64,000 nucleotides of DNA from Clostridia bacterium (GTDB lineage: Bacteria > Bacillota > Clostridia > Christensenellales > UBA1242), in NCBI GenBank assembly GCA_017541375.1, contig JAFXZE010000005.1, positions 128,153-192,152 of the forward strand, in the 5' to 3' direction. Shown here piece by piece: positions 53,878 to 64,000 of the stretch. Below the pieces are notes generated by a model. It searched no databases, was not told the DNA's origin, and saw only the letters and a program-made list of their open reading frames with translations. The position numbers and the translations under genes are program-made. Positions within the stretch are counted from its first letter, which is position 1. Each line of letters starts with the position of its first letter.

Positions 53878-56800
53878 CTAGGAGCTATAACGGAATTTTA
53901 ATGAACATGCATCACTAGCCTTGTAGTAATAATCATAATTTATCGCTTCACCACCTTGTACACAATCAATTGTATCAATTGTCACCGTGTACTCTACACC
54001 CGATTGATTTATACCAAGTGCATTCAACTGAGTTCTAGTAAATTGACTGATATACTTTCCGTTAGAAAGTGAAAACTTAAATAATAAACTCTTATCGCCA
54101 TAATGAATTTGGAAGATCTCATCAGTTATTTTTGGTGCATTAAGACCTGTATTGTACTTATAGTCATCAGGGTTAGTGAGAGTAAGTGTCAAAATACCAC
54201 CTGACATCCTGTATGATACTTGTGGAGTAGCTAATTTGGTCTGACGATCAACTAATAGATTGTTACTTCTATTAGAGTTTATTACTACTGGATAATTATC
54301 TTCTATTTCCTCAGACTCATAAGCAGGCATATCTGCTTGAACCATAACACGTATAGTTCTATTTGCTGGCCACATAATTTCATTGAACCACATGTTATTG
54401 ATAATCAATTGATATTTCCCTTCACTAGTCAGGGTTAGATCATCTTTTGATAGTAAGGCCATATCAGCAGAATTTGTACTCAATCCTGAACCAGTGTAGT
54501 ATACATACCTATATGTATATTCTCTAATAGTCCAGCTTTCTCCTTCCATATCGCTAAATAACGCCACAGCTCTTAACGATACATAGTAATGAGCCTCCTC
54601 TACATCATCAACTCCATCACCATCTCTATCTACTCCTGTCAAGGTAATGGTAGAAGGTGTCCATTCAACAATAATATTACCGTTTCCATCATTCCAATCT
54701 TGGACAGGTTTAGAGACAACAAAATCACTAAATTTTACTTTTCGACTAACTTTCTTTCTATCAAATGTGTATGCTACTTTCACCTTCATGCTATTAGCAT
54801 CATCAAAAGTGTCTAGATATGCATCATTAGAAGCATACAGAACAGCAATTGTAAATGAATTAGTGAGAATAAAGCCATCATCAAATACTAATGTGCATGT
54901 GTGTTCTAGAACATTACTTGTTAATGTATAATATGCTACTTTACCATTACTTACTCTTATCTTAAATTGCAGTTTCCCTTTCAAATCATTCCATACAGGA
55001 GTAGTAAATACCTCAGAAAGAGTTACTTTTATTTTATTATTCGCTATCCTACCTACTTTTTCTATTGAAGGTAATGGATACGATATAAATGGGTCAGTAT
55101 CACTCTGTACCACTACTTTCTCTTCAGAATCTGGAGTAGTAGAAGTATCGGGTGAAATCACTTGCACAGTAAATGCGTTCCTATCTAAACCTCCACCTAT
55201 AACGATATCTTTGATATCTACTTCCCAAATTCCAGAGTCATTTGGTGATAGCTCGATAGTTGATGCCGTATTACTTAATACAATGGTTGTACCACTATAC
55301 TTTAGATATTTTATAGCACCATTAGTAAAATTAATGTTCTCATATTTGATTTTAAACTTTGCTTTGTTGTTTCTTATATAAATTGGGTCTACATATTGCC
55401 AGCAAAGTTTTAAGTCACTAGTGACATATGGTCCAGTCGTATAAACAAATTGTGTTGGTCCTATAGCTAAAGGACTCTTGATGTAGTCACTAACATAGCA
55501 AGTTTCTGATGTCTTATCAGCTCGGTAAACAGTAAATGTTTCTTTGCTTGAGGAAGTCAAACCAGTGATGTTTACTTCGTAAGTATAGTTACCAGCACTG
55601 TAGTAATTGCCTCCTCTTGTTGTATCATTAATATATGTCAACATATCAAATGTGACTACATTATCAGATATACTAAATCCCGTCACTTTCGCTTTTTCTT
55701 GTGGGGTACCAGTGCTGAGCTTTAGTTCGTAAGTATAATCTTTTGGATGAAGAGTTTTGTTAGTCACACTACCAGCGATTTGCCTACCATCTTCACCTGT
55801 TCTTGAATACAAACAATCACTCATAGTAACGACTATCTTCATATTGTGACTATAGTCAGAATCAGGCACTGTCATCTTGAGTTGTGTACCCTCTTGAGTG
55901 ACTGGTGCAGTCAATACCTTGTGTAGGATGATTGCACTATCTGGAGTGTAGGCTAAACTATCTAACCAATACTCTTCTCTTGCCTTACGCACTGCGGTAA
56001 AGTGTAGTTCAGTAAGTCCATATTGCTTGATATTATCTAGTATGTTTATGGTACTTTTCCCACTAGGGTATGTTACATCAAAGGTAATTATGTTATTTTC
56101 ACTATCTTTGTAATATGACTCTTTTCCCTTGCTTGAATATTTCCATGGAGTAATAGTCAGAGTATTTGATGCTGCGTATTTAGCATTCACCGCTGTTGTC
56201 GCTCCACTAGCATTTACAGATTCAGTAATAGTTAGCGTACTAGGAGTCGGCTCACGCTTGAGAAGAGTTATTTCTTGAGTTATAGCTAAATCTTCACATT
56301 GTCCATTTAACACTGTATAATTATTTGATCTATCTATCAGTACATAATAAGTATTTCTATACAATGGAGTAATCGTTATATTCTGTACGCCATGAGCAAG
56401 ACTTGATCCCAAACTACCTTTTTCTGTCCTAAGTGAGCTTGTTGATACACTTATATTCTTTATTGTATCATACCTTAGGTCGGTTGTTTGCTCAAGAGGA
56501 TTGGTTATATATGTGGTAGCATATTTATCTTCCCCATTAGAATTTACATAATGTCCTACTATCACAAATAATGTTGGTTGCGTGTTGCGATCTTTGTTGA
56601 TAGTCTGCATGATGCGTTTTGTATTAAATCCAACATCAGTTTCATAAGCTGCTAAATCAGTGGTCAGACCTTCATTGTAGTAATACTCAGGTAGCAACTC
56701 AAAGGTGTTGTTTAGCGCTGTCGCAGCTACATAGCGGAATCCTACCCCTGATGTAACTGATGCGTTAGCTACTATCTTTGTGGATGTACTAGCGTCACTT

Positions 56801-59800
56801 ACTGTGATGCGTACTATAAATGTCCAATCAGCCAATTCACGTACTACACTGCTAATATCTAGTGTGTAGTACCCTGTAGCGCTACTATAAGTAATTGTCT
56901 TATTTTGATAAGTAGTGTTATCTAGCACAGTAGTACCTTCACTATCAAGTATGTCTACATTAAAGTTGTGATTACTAGAATGTTTGAATTTTACCTTGGT
57001 TGTTATAGCTTGAGTAGAATATTTGGTAGTGTAATCAAAGCTAATATCACTCACTTTTGGCACAAATGTGTATGACCCATTAGCTGCGGTAGACTTGACA
57101 TAAATTCGCTTTGCAGTCTCTTCTGTAGGGGTAATTAGTATTGTATAATCCTGCCCTACCACATTAGGTAGAGAAGTAATTAGCCTATATCCTCTTTCGG
57201 CTGTTCTATTGGTGCTTTCTATTGTATTACCTGATGAATTTACTTGAGAAGTATTCATAGTGTAGGTGCTTGCTGCTCCATTCACAGTAACAGTATAACC
57301 AATATATGCACTCAAGTTTGTCTGTTGCTTAAATAACATCTTGGTTGAGTAACTAATTACTGGAGCACTTCTTAGTACTATAGGAAGGTTGATAAATGAA
57401 CTTACCTTTTCGTCTGAATCATCTTCCCCCAGAGTGGCTGAAACTGTATAGCTTTCAGTAACTCCACGATAAGTCACACTATAAATTCTGTCTCTACTAA
57501 AGTATCCTGCACGAGAGCGCCCGCCAGTAGATTGAACTATCTCATCTATCTTAGATTGGTCGATAACCATCTCGTTAGTAGTTAAGCCAGTTTGGGTAGT
57601 ATATTTGTTTGTTCCACTACTGTCTAGCCAATCTCCTTCTAGTCGCGCATTGTATGTAGCATCTACGCCAAATATTGTAGGAGCTTTTGTCCAAGATATA
57701 GTGGTTTTGTCTGTAGATTTGCTATAAGATAAAGTAACTTTGGTATTTTGCGTATTTTTATTTGCATACTCAGTGACATATCCTCGTCTATCAGATCCTG
57801 TTGAATATAATTCTGGATAACTGTATTCTGCATTATCTTGTGGAGTCACATAAAGCACGAGTTTCTTCGCTGGAGAATAAGTTACAAAGTACTTATCAAT
57901 TTCACCTATAGTAATCTTTGTCACACCTATAGTCTTGACAAACACTGCCACGCCCTTTGATGTCGAGGCTAAGCTCTGCGTAGCACTTACATTGCTCGTA
58001 GTAATCGTAAATGAACTGCTATTTGACTTTGTACCAGTGTAACGACGTGCAGATGTAGTAGTATTGCCAATCTTGTTGCCATCATCTCCAATTATGTCCA
58101 TCTCAATGTATTGATATGTAACTACGTTCATTGTGCTACTTGCGTCACTAAAGAGTGATTTATCTACAGTCATCGATGCTCTAGCTGTAATAGAAGCAGA
58201 ATTATCACTTACGCTAATACCCGCAGTCGCTGCTGAAGTAACATTTGAGTCTCGTATTATCTTACCAGTTTGGTGGTAAGAGCAAGTAGGATATAAATAA
58301 GTATCTAAGCTAGATGATTTTTGACTAGTAGTAGCTCTAATAGTTATACTAAAGGTCTTCTCACCCGTTGAAAGTACCACACTACGATCAAATACAAATA
58401 ACTTGTATCCACTGATTAGTCCTGTAGGTACTGTTCCATTTAATGCTCCATTATACAATTCGTTACTACTCATTCTCACTACAACTGTCATAGCAACATT
58501 TACATTATTTGTTATGGAGCTATCTACATAGTCATGATAACTCATGTAGTAGTGAGTATTTCCATCTATTCTTTCACTATCATATGCTAGCATAATGTCA
58601 TCAGCCACGGTAAAGCTCTTTCCTACCAACACATTTAGGGTTAGTGCCGAGCTAGCGCGGTGATAACTTGCCTCTGGATAGTAAATAGACAAAGTATATG
58701 AACCACGAGCAAATGAGTTTCCATTTAACATAAAGGTGCCTGTTCCAGTACGATTTGTAAGTGTACTAACAGAGTAGCTAAATCCTGGAATATATTTAAT
58801 ACCATTATCAATTACATTGTTTAATAAAATCGCTTTTGATCCATCGTCTAGTAAGTAAATGTAATTTGTGCCTCCGATCGAAGTAAATATACTATTATCA
58901 GATACTACTGGAGTTTGCCATACACCCCACATATCATAGTTTATAGTTCCAAAAGAGCTGTTGTACACGCGTATAGCGCCGTCCATAATGTTGGTAACTG
59001 TGTCTATAGTTACACTAGCCCCACCCAAGGTCGCACTATCTAATACTGCTTGCACTTGTATTTTCCAAGTTCCATATTCTAGCCCTGCTCCCCCAGTAGT
59101 AGTTTTAATGAGGGTGGACTTAGATAGTGTGATAGAGTTAGCACTAATCAAGCTAGGGTGAGTATAGGTTTTCTTGCCATTGATTACTAGCTTATATTTT
59201 GCTGTCACGCTGTAAGTATCTGCTCCTACTGTAAAGTTACTTGGGTTTGTATGTGTCCAGCTAAACGTAATGTTGTCTCCACTCTCTGTAGGAGTATTTA
59301 CCGTAGGTGTTGCAAGATAAATTTTTTCTTCATTAGATGGGTCGGCAAAGTGAATTGAGTTAGTTTTGTATACATAACTCATTACTACCGTACGATTTTC
59401 ATCGTTAGATTGTGGTGTCACTACAAAGGTGTATGTGTCAGTCCCCACTTCACGAAGTAATTTTTCGTACGAAGTTGTTGTAACAGTCTTGGTTTCTACT
59501 ATTGTGCCATTTGATTTTTTCACAACAACAGTATAATTTGTCACCCTACTACCAGGGACAGGCTTCCATGTTGCTTTTACACCTTTGTTTATATCTGTCT
59601 CTACATTATCTATTGTCGTTGTATCTTTAATGATAGCCAAATCGATTTCTTGGCTAGTTGAGTAATTAGGCATCCTATATACAATGTAGCAATTTGCTAT
59701 CGTAGCTGCATTGTATACTGTCACTCCATTATATTGTATAGCTCCAGCTGTAATGTTTATCCTAAACTCATTACCATTAATTACACTAGTATTGGTCATT

Positions 59801-62800
59801 TCATAAGTGTTGCTATTTCGAGCTGAAATTGATATTTCACTTCCCGCCATACTACCATCAGTCGTACTAGCTCGCTTGTAGCTTCCACTATAACTTACCT
59901 GCTCCCCAAAGAGAGTAGTTGATGTACTAGCTGTTACTATTGGCCAAGTCACTATGTGAGTATCCACATCATATGCTAAGGCTTTATAGTCAAAGTTAGA
60001 TGCAAGAGGATAATTTATAGCATTAGCTAGCTTCGTTGGGTTAGTTGGTATTTGACTGCGAATAGCAAAGCCATTTCTATCAGTTGCTAGAGCATATACC
60101 ACTATTTCAAAATACAATGCATCAGCTGTGGTGTATGATGTACCTAATTCGTCATTAATATTTTTTAAAGTCAAACTAGTAGTTGTTATCACTTTAGAAT
60201 ATGTCTTTACTACAAGGTCTTTATCCACAATCTTTACATTCACATTGTACTGTATGCTTCCTACGCCAGTCTTTCCTTGTGCTGCATTCCAAGTAAATGT
60301 GCCAGTGTTATATGTAGGCGTGCCTGGAAGTGTCTTAAAGCCACCTATTGTATATGTATTTTCGTCTTCAGAATCAAGCCATAATTCGTAGGCTACACTT
60401 GTATCTTTTTGGCTAGTGACACACTTAATCAACACTTTGTATGTATGACTATCCCAGCCCCAATCCACATTATTTAGGTCTGTTGTCTTACTAAATGTGG
60501 CAGAGTATACACCACCGCTTAATGTTGCAGTTTTGTACGCTGCAGCTGATAGCGTAGAGGTTGATGATTGTACATACCGTATCAATATTGAATATGTCGC
60601 CGTTAAGTTTGTAAATGTGTTTTGTGGTTTGAATGAAACTGCGTAATTCCCATTGTAATCATAACTCATCACCACATCTTTAGCCACAGTAAATGTCGTA
60701 GCATAACGAATTGATTTAGCATCTGACTCATCACTTTCTATGTAAAAATCATCATCGATAAGTTCTGCATAATGAGCTCCCTCTACACGGAATGTCACAT
60801 TATATTGTCCTCGAGAAGTGATGCCTAGTTTGCGTATTTCTGCTGCAGTAAATTCTTTCACATACTCATCACCTACTTTGTCAAAGTAGAATGAAGTAGT
60901 GTTTACACCATATTTCATCACAAATTGGATGCGTCTACGTTCAACAGTATCCTCATCTGTAAGTGGGTCTAACTTTGGTGCAGCTGGGTTAGATTGATCA
61001 TAACTATAATCACTCACATTTAGTAATTTGACTTTTATTTTTTTGCCATCTGTTTCTTCTTGCAAGTCTTTTACAATTTCGACCCGAGGTGTAGCAAAAT
61101 TTGTCCTACGATGATACAAGTTAGTCGCATCGTAAATAGATTTAATTTCGTAGTTGCTCTCTTGCTTTATTGTTGCCAACTCATCATCTGATAGTGTTGC
61201 TATTACCTTAACCCCAAGATCAGTATTTCTTGGCCACTGTAGCTGCATATCAATAAATCTGTTGTTAATAGTCAATGAAGTGCCATCATATAATACCCAA
61301 TTACTTAGACCATTCTCATCAAATGTAAATGTATTGTCACCTGCATAATAAGAATTTTTGAAGTCGCCATCAGTATGACCTTGCATTCCGGTAAAGTAAT
61401 TCACCATCCTCATACGCACGTAGTATTTTGCCATAACCTTTACATTTCCATCACGAGTAGGAATAGTGACACTAGAAGGAGTCCAACTCAACTTGATATC
61501 GCCACTTCCATCACTCCAATCTTGCTCTAGGAGTGTGATAGTAGGCTTTGAGAATGTAGCAGTTTTCACTTCGTGTTGCCAAGCGAATGTAAGAGTGTTT
61601 CCAGTGAGCGTACCCACTGTGATATTTTTAGCAGCATTTCCCTTAGGCTCTACTTTTATGGTGTAATTACCCGTTGATAGAGTAATACCATCTACATTCA
61701 TCAGGTCTTTTAAGCTTAGACTATTAGTGTTGTCGTTATTTTTGTTGGATGTGGCACCTTTTAGTTTTAGTGCAGTGCCTGATGCACTTGTTCCACTATA
61801 AATATAGTAATAATATTCTGGCGCATCGGTAAAGTATTTCCAAGATATGGAGATAATCGGGTTGTTAGCCTCATTATTTTTGCTAAGATTTACCTCTGTA
61901 ATATCATATGAAATGTAGCAAGTGCTTTCTAGCATATTACTATTACATACTGTTATGCTAGTTTGACTAGTTCCGCTAAACACTTCACTAGTTGTATTAC
62001 TATAAACAATAGCATTTGAAGTAACTTTGTAGCTAAGGATGAGGGAGGTCTCTAACCAAGTACTCATATTGTGGTCACAATATGTGTTGGTTGTTGCAGT
62101 AGCCTTGTGAGTATAGTTGGTGTCATTACCACCCTTTATGTCTACAGCGTAAGTTGCGCTAATTCCAAAATACTTAGCTGGGCTAATTGCGCCCCAACTG
62201 AAACGATAACGATAAGTATTGTTTACTGGTCCTACAGAGCCCGCACCCACTTGTGGCAATGTAATCACATTAGCCAGCACTACGCGAGTTGTGTTGCTAG
62301 TGATGCTAAATCCATTCGCATCTGTAGCTGTAATATATAGCGCTATGTTGAAGATGTATGGCTTTGTCACATCAAGACTAGCCGCTCTAGCTATATTATA
62401 TATACCGTCGGTAGAGGAGGTAGTATATGTACCCTTCTTAGATAATTCACCGTTTACATCACTTTCAAACACTACTACAGAGTATTTGTACACAATATTG
62501 GTAAAATTGTAGGTAGAAAGATTCGAGTTATCTGTCACAATTACAGGTGTATTAAATCCTGTGGCTTTATCGTATTCTACCGTAGGAGCTGTCTCAAAAT
62601 GGCCAATCGTCACCGGAGCGTAGTAAGCTGTTACTATGTAAAGTGATGTTGGAGATTCGAGTGTTATGTTGATAGTAAATGTCTGCCCTTCCCAACCCCA
62701 CGATTTTTTGGTAATGGTTGCACTATAATTTGAGCCGCTCTTTGTTGCTGTTTTACTATCACTCTCACCACCGTGAGCCACACTTACCCTATATGTCACA

Positions 62801-64000
62801 CTGTCGCCAAGTTTTGAGTTAGGTGTAAATGCCACACTATAGCTTGTTTGTGCTGGATGTGTGAAAGTCACGCCGGTGGTTAGAGCAATTCTCTCTCGGA
62901 GCATTGCGTCTAGTGTTGTACTATCCTCACTCGCCACATAATATGTAGTAGCCTTAACATACATAGTGATACCGAAGTTTTGTGCAACAGGGTTGTCCGA
63001 ACCAAGCAATGTCTTGATGTCTGCTAAACTTAGCTCTTTTATGTATTCATTATTCACTAAAGTCCATGTGACATTAAGGGTCTTTCCACTCTTGTTTGTC
63101 TTTATTACGAAACCTAGTGAGGTTACATCAAGTTGTTCACTCAAGCCATCTACATAATCTGTTGGGTTGTTTAGTTTGAGTGTAATAGTGTCATCTACTG
63201 GAGTACCATCATTTAGCGTAATTGTGCTATCACTATTCTTAAATCCGATGTCAGGAGTAGCATACTTACCTTTGTAGTAAAATGATGGTGATAGTGTGGC
63301 AGTTTTTGACAAAGGCACTACGACTACATTGTCGTTTTCTAAAATTTCAGCAGCTTCGTCAGTGTCCATCGCCGCAGTTATTGTAACAGTGTATTTTGTA
63401 AATGCTATGCCACTAAACGCCTCTGTTAGATCATAACTAGAGCCTGTGATGCCACTAAACTGCAATTTTGTGCCATCAGATTTTTGAATGATATTTCCAC
63501 TCTTAGAAACAGTGATAGTGTACTTTGGATAGTACTTTTTACCCACACTACTGGTAGCGAATTGCTGTTTCCAGCTAGCTGTTACTATTGGGGTTGTACC
63601 ATCAAATGTCTCTGTAACGGTAAATTCTAAGTCTTCTGGGCCCATAGTGATGATTTCAGGAGATACCCACAGCTCATTATAGTTTCTAGCATATTTAGTT
63701 TTGATAGTAGCGACATCATTGAGGTTTGTAGCCACATTGTGTAGAGAATTTTGATAATTTGCCACAGGATAAATCTTGACTACGTATGCCCCCGGATCTT
63801 GATCACCCAGTAGTGATTTAAAGTTTAGTGTAGTGGTGGTGAGATTGTGTGTTTTACTATAAATCTCACTTGAGCCACTAATTGTCACATAGTATGAGTC
63901 TAGGTAGTTAGCAAGTGGTGTTGCATCCCAGTCTTTTGTCTTTGTTAGTGTCCAACTAATAGACACAACTTTTTCTTGCTCACCAATTCGAGAATCAACT
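53878..64000 (-). CDS. giant repetitive surface/adhesin-like protein, 5'-partial (>3373 codons)
   Basis: Uninterrupted frame from the window edge to TAG 53878-53880. The GTG at 63966 has no SD, and the frame stays open upstream (..VDSRIGEQEKVV). T/S/Y/N-rich sequence with many x-S/T-W-x module starts (ISWTLTK, VTWTLVN, LSWTPSS, FTWNAAQ, ATWKPVP, VEWTPST), which suggests Ig/FN3-like beta-sandwich modules. Confidence 0.85.
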   Translation of the reverse strand, partial: VDSRIGEQEKVVSISWTLTKTKDWDATPLANYLDSYYVTISGSSEIYSKTHNLTTTTLNFKSLLGDQDPGAYVVKIYPVANYQNSLHNVATNLNDVATIKTKYARNYNELWVSPEIITMGPEDLEFTVTETFDGTTPIVTASWKQQFATSSVGKKYYPKYTITVSKSGNIIQKSDGTKLQFSGITGSSYDLTEAFSGIAFTKYTVTITAAMDTDEAAEILENDNVVVVPLSKTATLSPSFYYKGKYATPDIGFKNSDSTITLNDGTPVDDTITLKLNNPTDYVDGLSEQLDVTSLGFVIKTNKSGKTLNVTWTLVNNEYIKELSLADIKTLLGSDNPVAQNFGITMYVKATTYYVASEDSTTLDAMLRERIALTTGVTFTHPAQTSYSVAFTPNSKLGDSVTYRVSVAHGGESDSKTATKSGSNYSATITKKSWGWEGQTFTINITLESPTSLYIVTAYYAPVTIGHFETAPTVEYDKATGFNTPVIVTDNSNLSTYNFTNIVYKYSVVVFESDVNGELSKKGTYTTSSTDGIYNIARAASLDVTKPYIFNIALYITATDANGFSITSNTTRVVLANVITLPQVGAGSVGPVNNTYRYRFSWGAISPAKYFGISATYAVDIKGGNDTNYTHKATATTNTYCDHNMSTWLETSLILSYKVTSNAIVYSNTTSEVFSGTSQTSITVCNSNMLESTCYISYDITEVNLSKNNEANNPIISISWKYFTDAPEYYYYIYSGTSASGTALKLKGATSNKNNDNTNSLSLKDLMNVDGITLSTGNYTIKVEPKGNAAKNITVGTLTGNTLTFAWQHEVKTATFSKPTITLLEQDWSDGSGDIKLSWTPSSVTIPTRDGNVKVMAKYYVRMRMVNYFTGMQGHTDGDFKNSYYAGDNTFTFDENGLSNWVLYDGTSLTINNRFIDMQLQWPRNTDLGVKVIATLSDDELATIKQESNYEIKSIYDATNLYHRRTNFATPRVEIVKDLQEETDGKKIKVKLLNVSDYSYDQSNPAAPKLDPLTDEDTVERRRIQFVMKYGVNTTSFYFDKVGDEYVKEFTAAEIRKLGITSRGQYNVTFRVEGAHYAELIDDDFYIESDESDAKSIRYATTFTVAKDVVMSYDYNGNYAVSFKPQNTFTNLTATYSILIRYVQSSTSTLSAAAYKTATLSGGVYSATFSKTTDLNNVDWGWDSHTYKVLIKCVTSQKDTSVAYELWLDSEDENTYTIGGFKTLPGTPTYNTGTFTWNAAQGKTGVGSIQYNVNVKIVDKDLVVKTYSKVITTTSLTLKNINDELGTSYTTADALYFEIVVYALATDRNGFAIRSQIPTNPTKLANAINYPLASNFDYKALAYDVDTHIVTWPIVTASTSTTLFGEQVSYSGSYKRASTTDGSMAGSEISISARNSNTYEMTNTSVINGNEFRINITAGAIQYNGVTVYNAATIANCYIVYRMPNYSTSQEIDLAIIKDTTTIDNVETDINKGVKATWKPVPGSRVTNYTVVVKKSNGTIVETKTVTTTSYEKLLREVGTDTYTFVVTPQSNDENRTVVMSYVYKTNSIHFADPSNEEKIYLATPTVNTPTESGDNITFSWTHTNPSNFTVGADTYSVTAKYKLVINGKKTYTHPSLISANSITLSKSTLIKTTTGGAGLEYGTWKIQVQAVLDSATLGGASVTIDTVTNIMDGAIRVYNSSFGTINYDMWGVWQTPVVSDNSIFTSIGGTNYIYLLDDGSKAILLNNVIDNGIKYIPGFSYSVSTLTNRTGTGTFMLNGNSFARGSYTLSIYYPEASYHRASSALTLNVLVGKSFTVADDIMLAYDSERIDGNTHYYMSYHDYVDSSITNNVNVAMTVVVRMSSNELYNGALNGTVPTGLISGYKLFVFDRSVVLSTGEKTFSITIRATTSQKSSSLDTYLYPTCSYHQTGKIIRDSNVTSAATAGISVSDNSASITARASMTVDKSLFSDASSTMNVVTYQYIEMDIIGDDGNKIGNTTTSARRYTGTKSNSSSFTITTSNVSATQSLASTSKGVAVFVKTIGVTKITIGEIDKYFVTYSPAKKLVLYVTPQDNAEYSYPELYSTGSDRRGYVTEYANKNTQNTKVTLSYSKSTDKTTISWTKAPTIFGVDATYNARLEGDWLDSSGTNKYTTQTGLTTNEMVIDQSKIDEIVQSTGGRSRAGYFSRDRIYSVTYRGVTESYTVSATLGEDDSDEKVSSFINLPIVLRSAPVISYSTKMLFKQQTNLSAYIGYTVTVNGAASTYTMNTSQVNSSGNTIESTNRTAERGYRLITSLPNVVGQDYTILITPTEETAKRIYVKSTAANGSYTFVPKVSDISFDYTTKYSTQAITTKVKFKHSSNHNFNVDILDSEGTTVLDNTTYQNKTITYSSATGYYTLDISSVVRELADWTFIVRITVSDASTSTKIVANASVTSGVGFRYVAATALNNTFELLPEYYYNEGLTTDLAAYETDVGFNTKRIMQTINKDRNTQPTLFVIVGHYVNSNGEDKYATTYITNPLEQTTDLRYDTIKNISVSTSSLRTEKGSLGSSLAHGVQNITITPLYRNTYYVLIDRSNNYTVLNGQCEDLAITQEITLLKREPTPSTLTITESVNASGATTAVNAKYAASNTLTITPWKYSSKGKESYYKDSENNIITFDVTYPSGKSTINILDNIKQYGLTELHFTAVRKAREEYWLDSLAYTPDSAIILHKVLTAPVTQEGTQLKMTVPDSDYSHNMKIVVTMSDCLYSRTGEDGRQIAGSVTNKTLHPKDYTYELKLSTGTPQEKAKVTGFSISDNVVTFDMLTYINDTTRGGNYYSAGNYTYEVNITGLTSSSKETFTVYRADKTSETCYVSDYIKSPLAIGPTQFVYTTGPYVTSDLKLCWQYVDPIYIRNNKAKFKIKYENINFTNGAIKYLKYSGTTIVLSNTASTIELSPNDSGIWEVDIKDIVIGGGLDRNAFTVQVISPDTSTTPDSEEKVVVQSDTDPFISYPLPSIEKVGRIANNKIKVTLSEVFTTPVWNDLKGKLQFKIRVSNGKVAYYTLTSNVLEHTCTLVFDDGFILTNSFTIAVLYASNDAYLDTFDDANSMKVKVAYTFDRKKVSRKVKFSDFVVSKPVQDWNDGNGNIIVEWTPSTITLTGVDRDGDGVDDVEEAHYYVSLRAVALFSDMEGESWTIREYTYRYVYYTGSGLSTNSADMALLSKDDLTLTSEGKYQLIINNMWFNEIMWPANRTIRVMVQADMPAYESEEIEDNYPVVINSNRSNNLLVDRQTKLATPQVSYRMSGGILTLTLTNPDDYKYNTGLNAPKITDEIFQIHYGDKSLLFKFSLSNGKYISQFTRTQLNALGINQSGVEYTVTIDTIDCVQGGEAINYDYYYKASDACSLKFRYSS

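Noticed and set aside
1-64000. CRISPR arrays, IS elements, prophage or integrative elements
   Set aside because: There are no regularly spaced direct repeats with unique spacers, and I recognised no transposase, integrase, recombinase or reverse transcriptase ORFs. The only repeats are coding low-complexity tracts, intragenic duplications and short intergenic modules.
1-64000. Alternative genetic code (TGA as Trp), prompted by the AT-rich, Mollicutes-like composition
   Set aside because: Well-conserved genes (polA, prmC, the yabQ-like gene, the NifU-like gene) terminate at TGA where homologues end. The long conserved ORFs read through without needing TGA as a sense codon.

Overview
All calls come from reading the ORF translations and the DNA by eye; no similarity search or folding program was run. 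The window is a visibly AT-rich, standard-code (TGA is a stop) chromosomal segment of a Firmicutes/Bacillota-type bacterium. The lineage call rests on a yabP-yabQ-divIC-like cluster, spoVG, an rpmE / prmC-prfA cluster, and many AAGGAGG-type ribosome-binding sites (SD) with TTGACA-17-TATAAT promoters.

Housekeeping genes are recognisable from catalytic motifs: ileS (eukaryote-like type), prfA, prmC, rpmE, spoVG, murC, aspS, an ABC-F ATPase, pyk, a DEAD-box helicase, polA and one tRNA-Gly(CCC). Transport genes include a CNNM/CBS protein, an MscS channel, an ABC exporter, an MFS transporter and two tandem PnuC-like fusions.

Between them lie accessory or poorly understood loci:
- a membrane-anchored protein with about 11 dockerin-type calcium loops, sitting behind a roughly 300-nt structured leader;
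- a block of metal/redox genes: an orphan EncFtn-like ferritin, a DUF1858 protein with a Cys-rich tail, and a NifU-like + GGGtGRT gene pair;
- a TPR/coiled-coil protein ending in a HEPN-like R-x4-H motif;
- a cassette-like cluster of four paralogous lipoproteins with repeated intergenic modules and two GC-rich hairpin elements;
- a gene of more than 10 kb (over 3373 codons, 5' end outside the window) built from diverged super-repeats.

I saw no rRNA, CRISPR array, transposase, integrase or phage genes. Most antisense ORFs in the supplied track are shadows of real genes.
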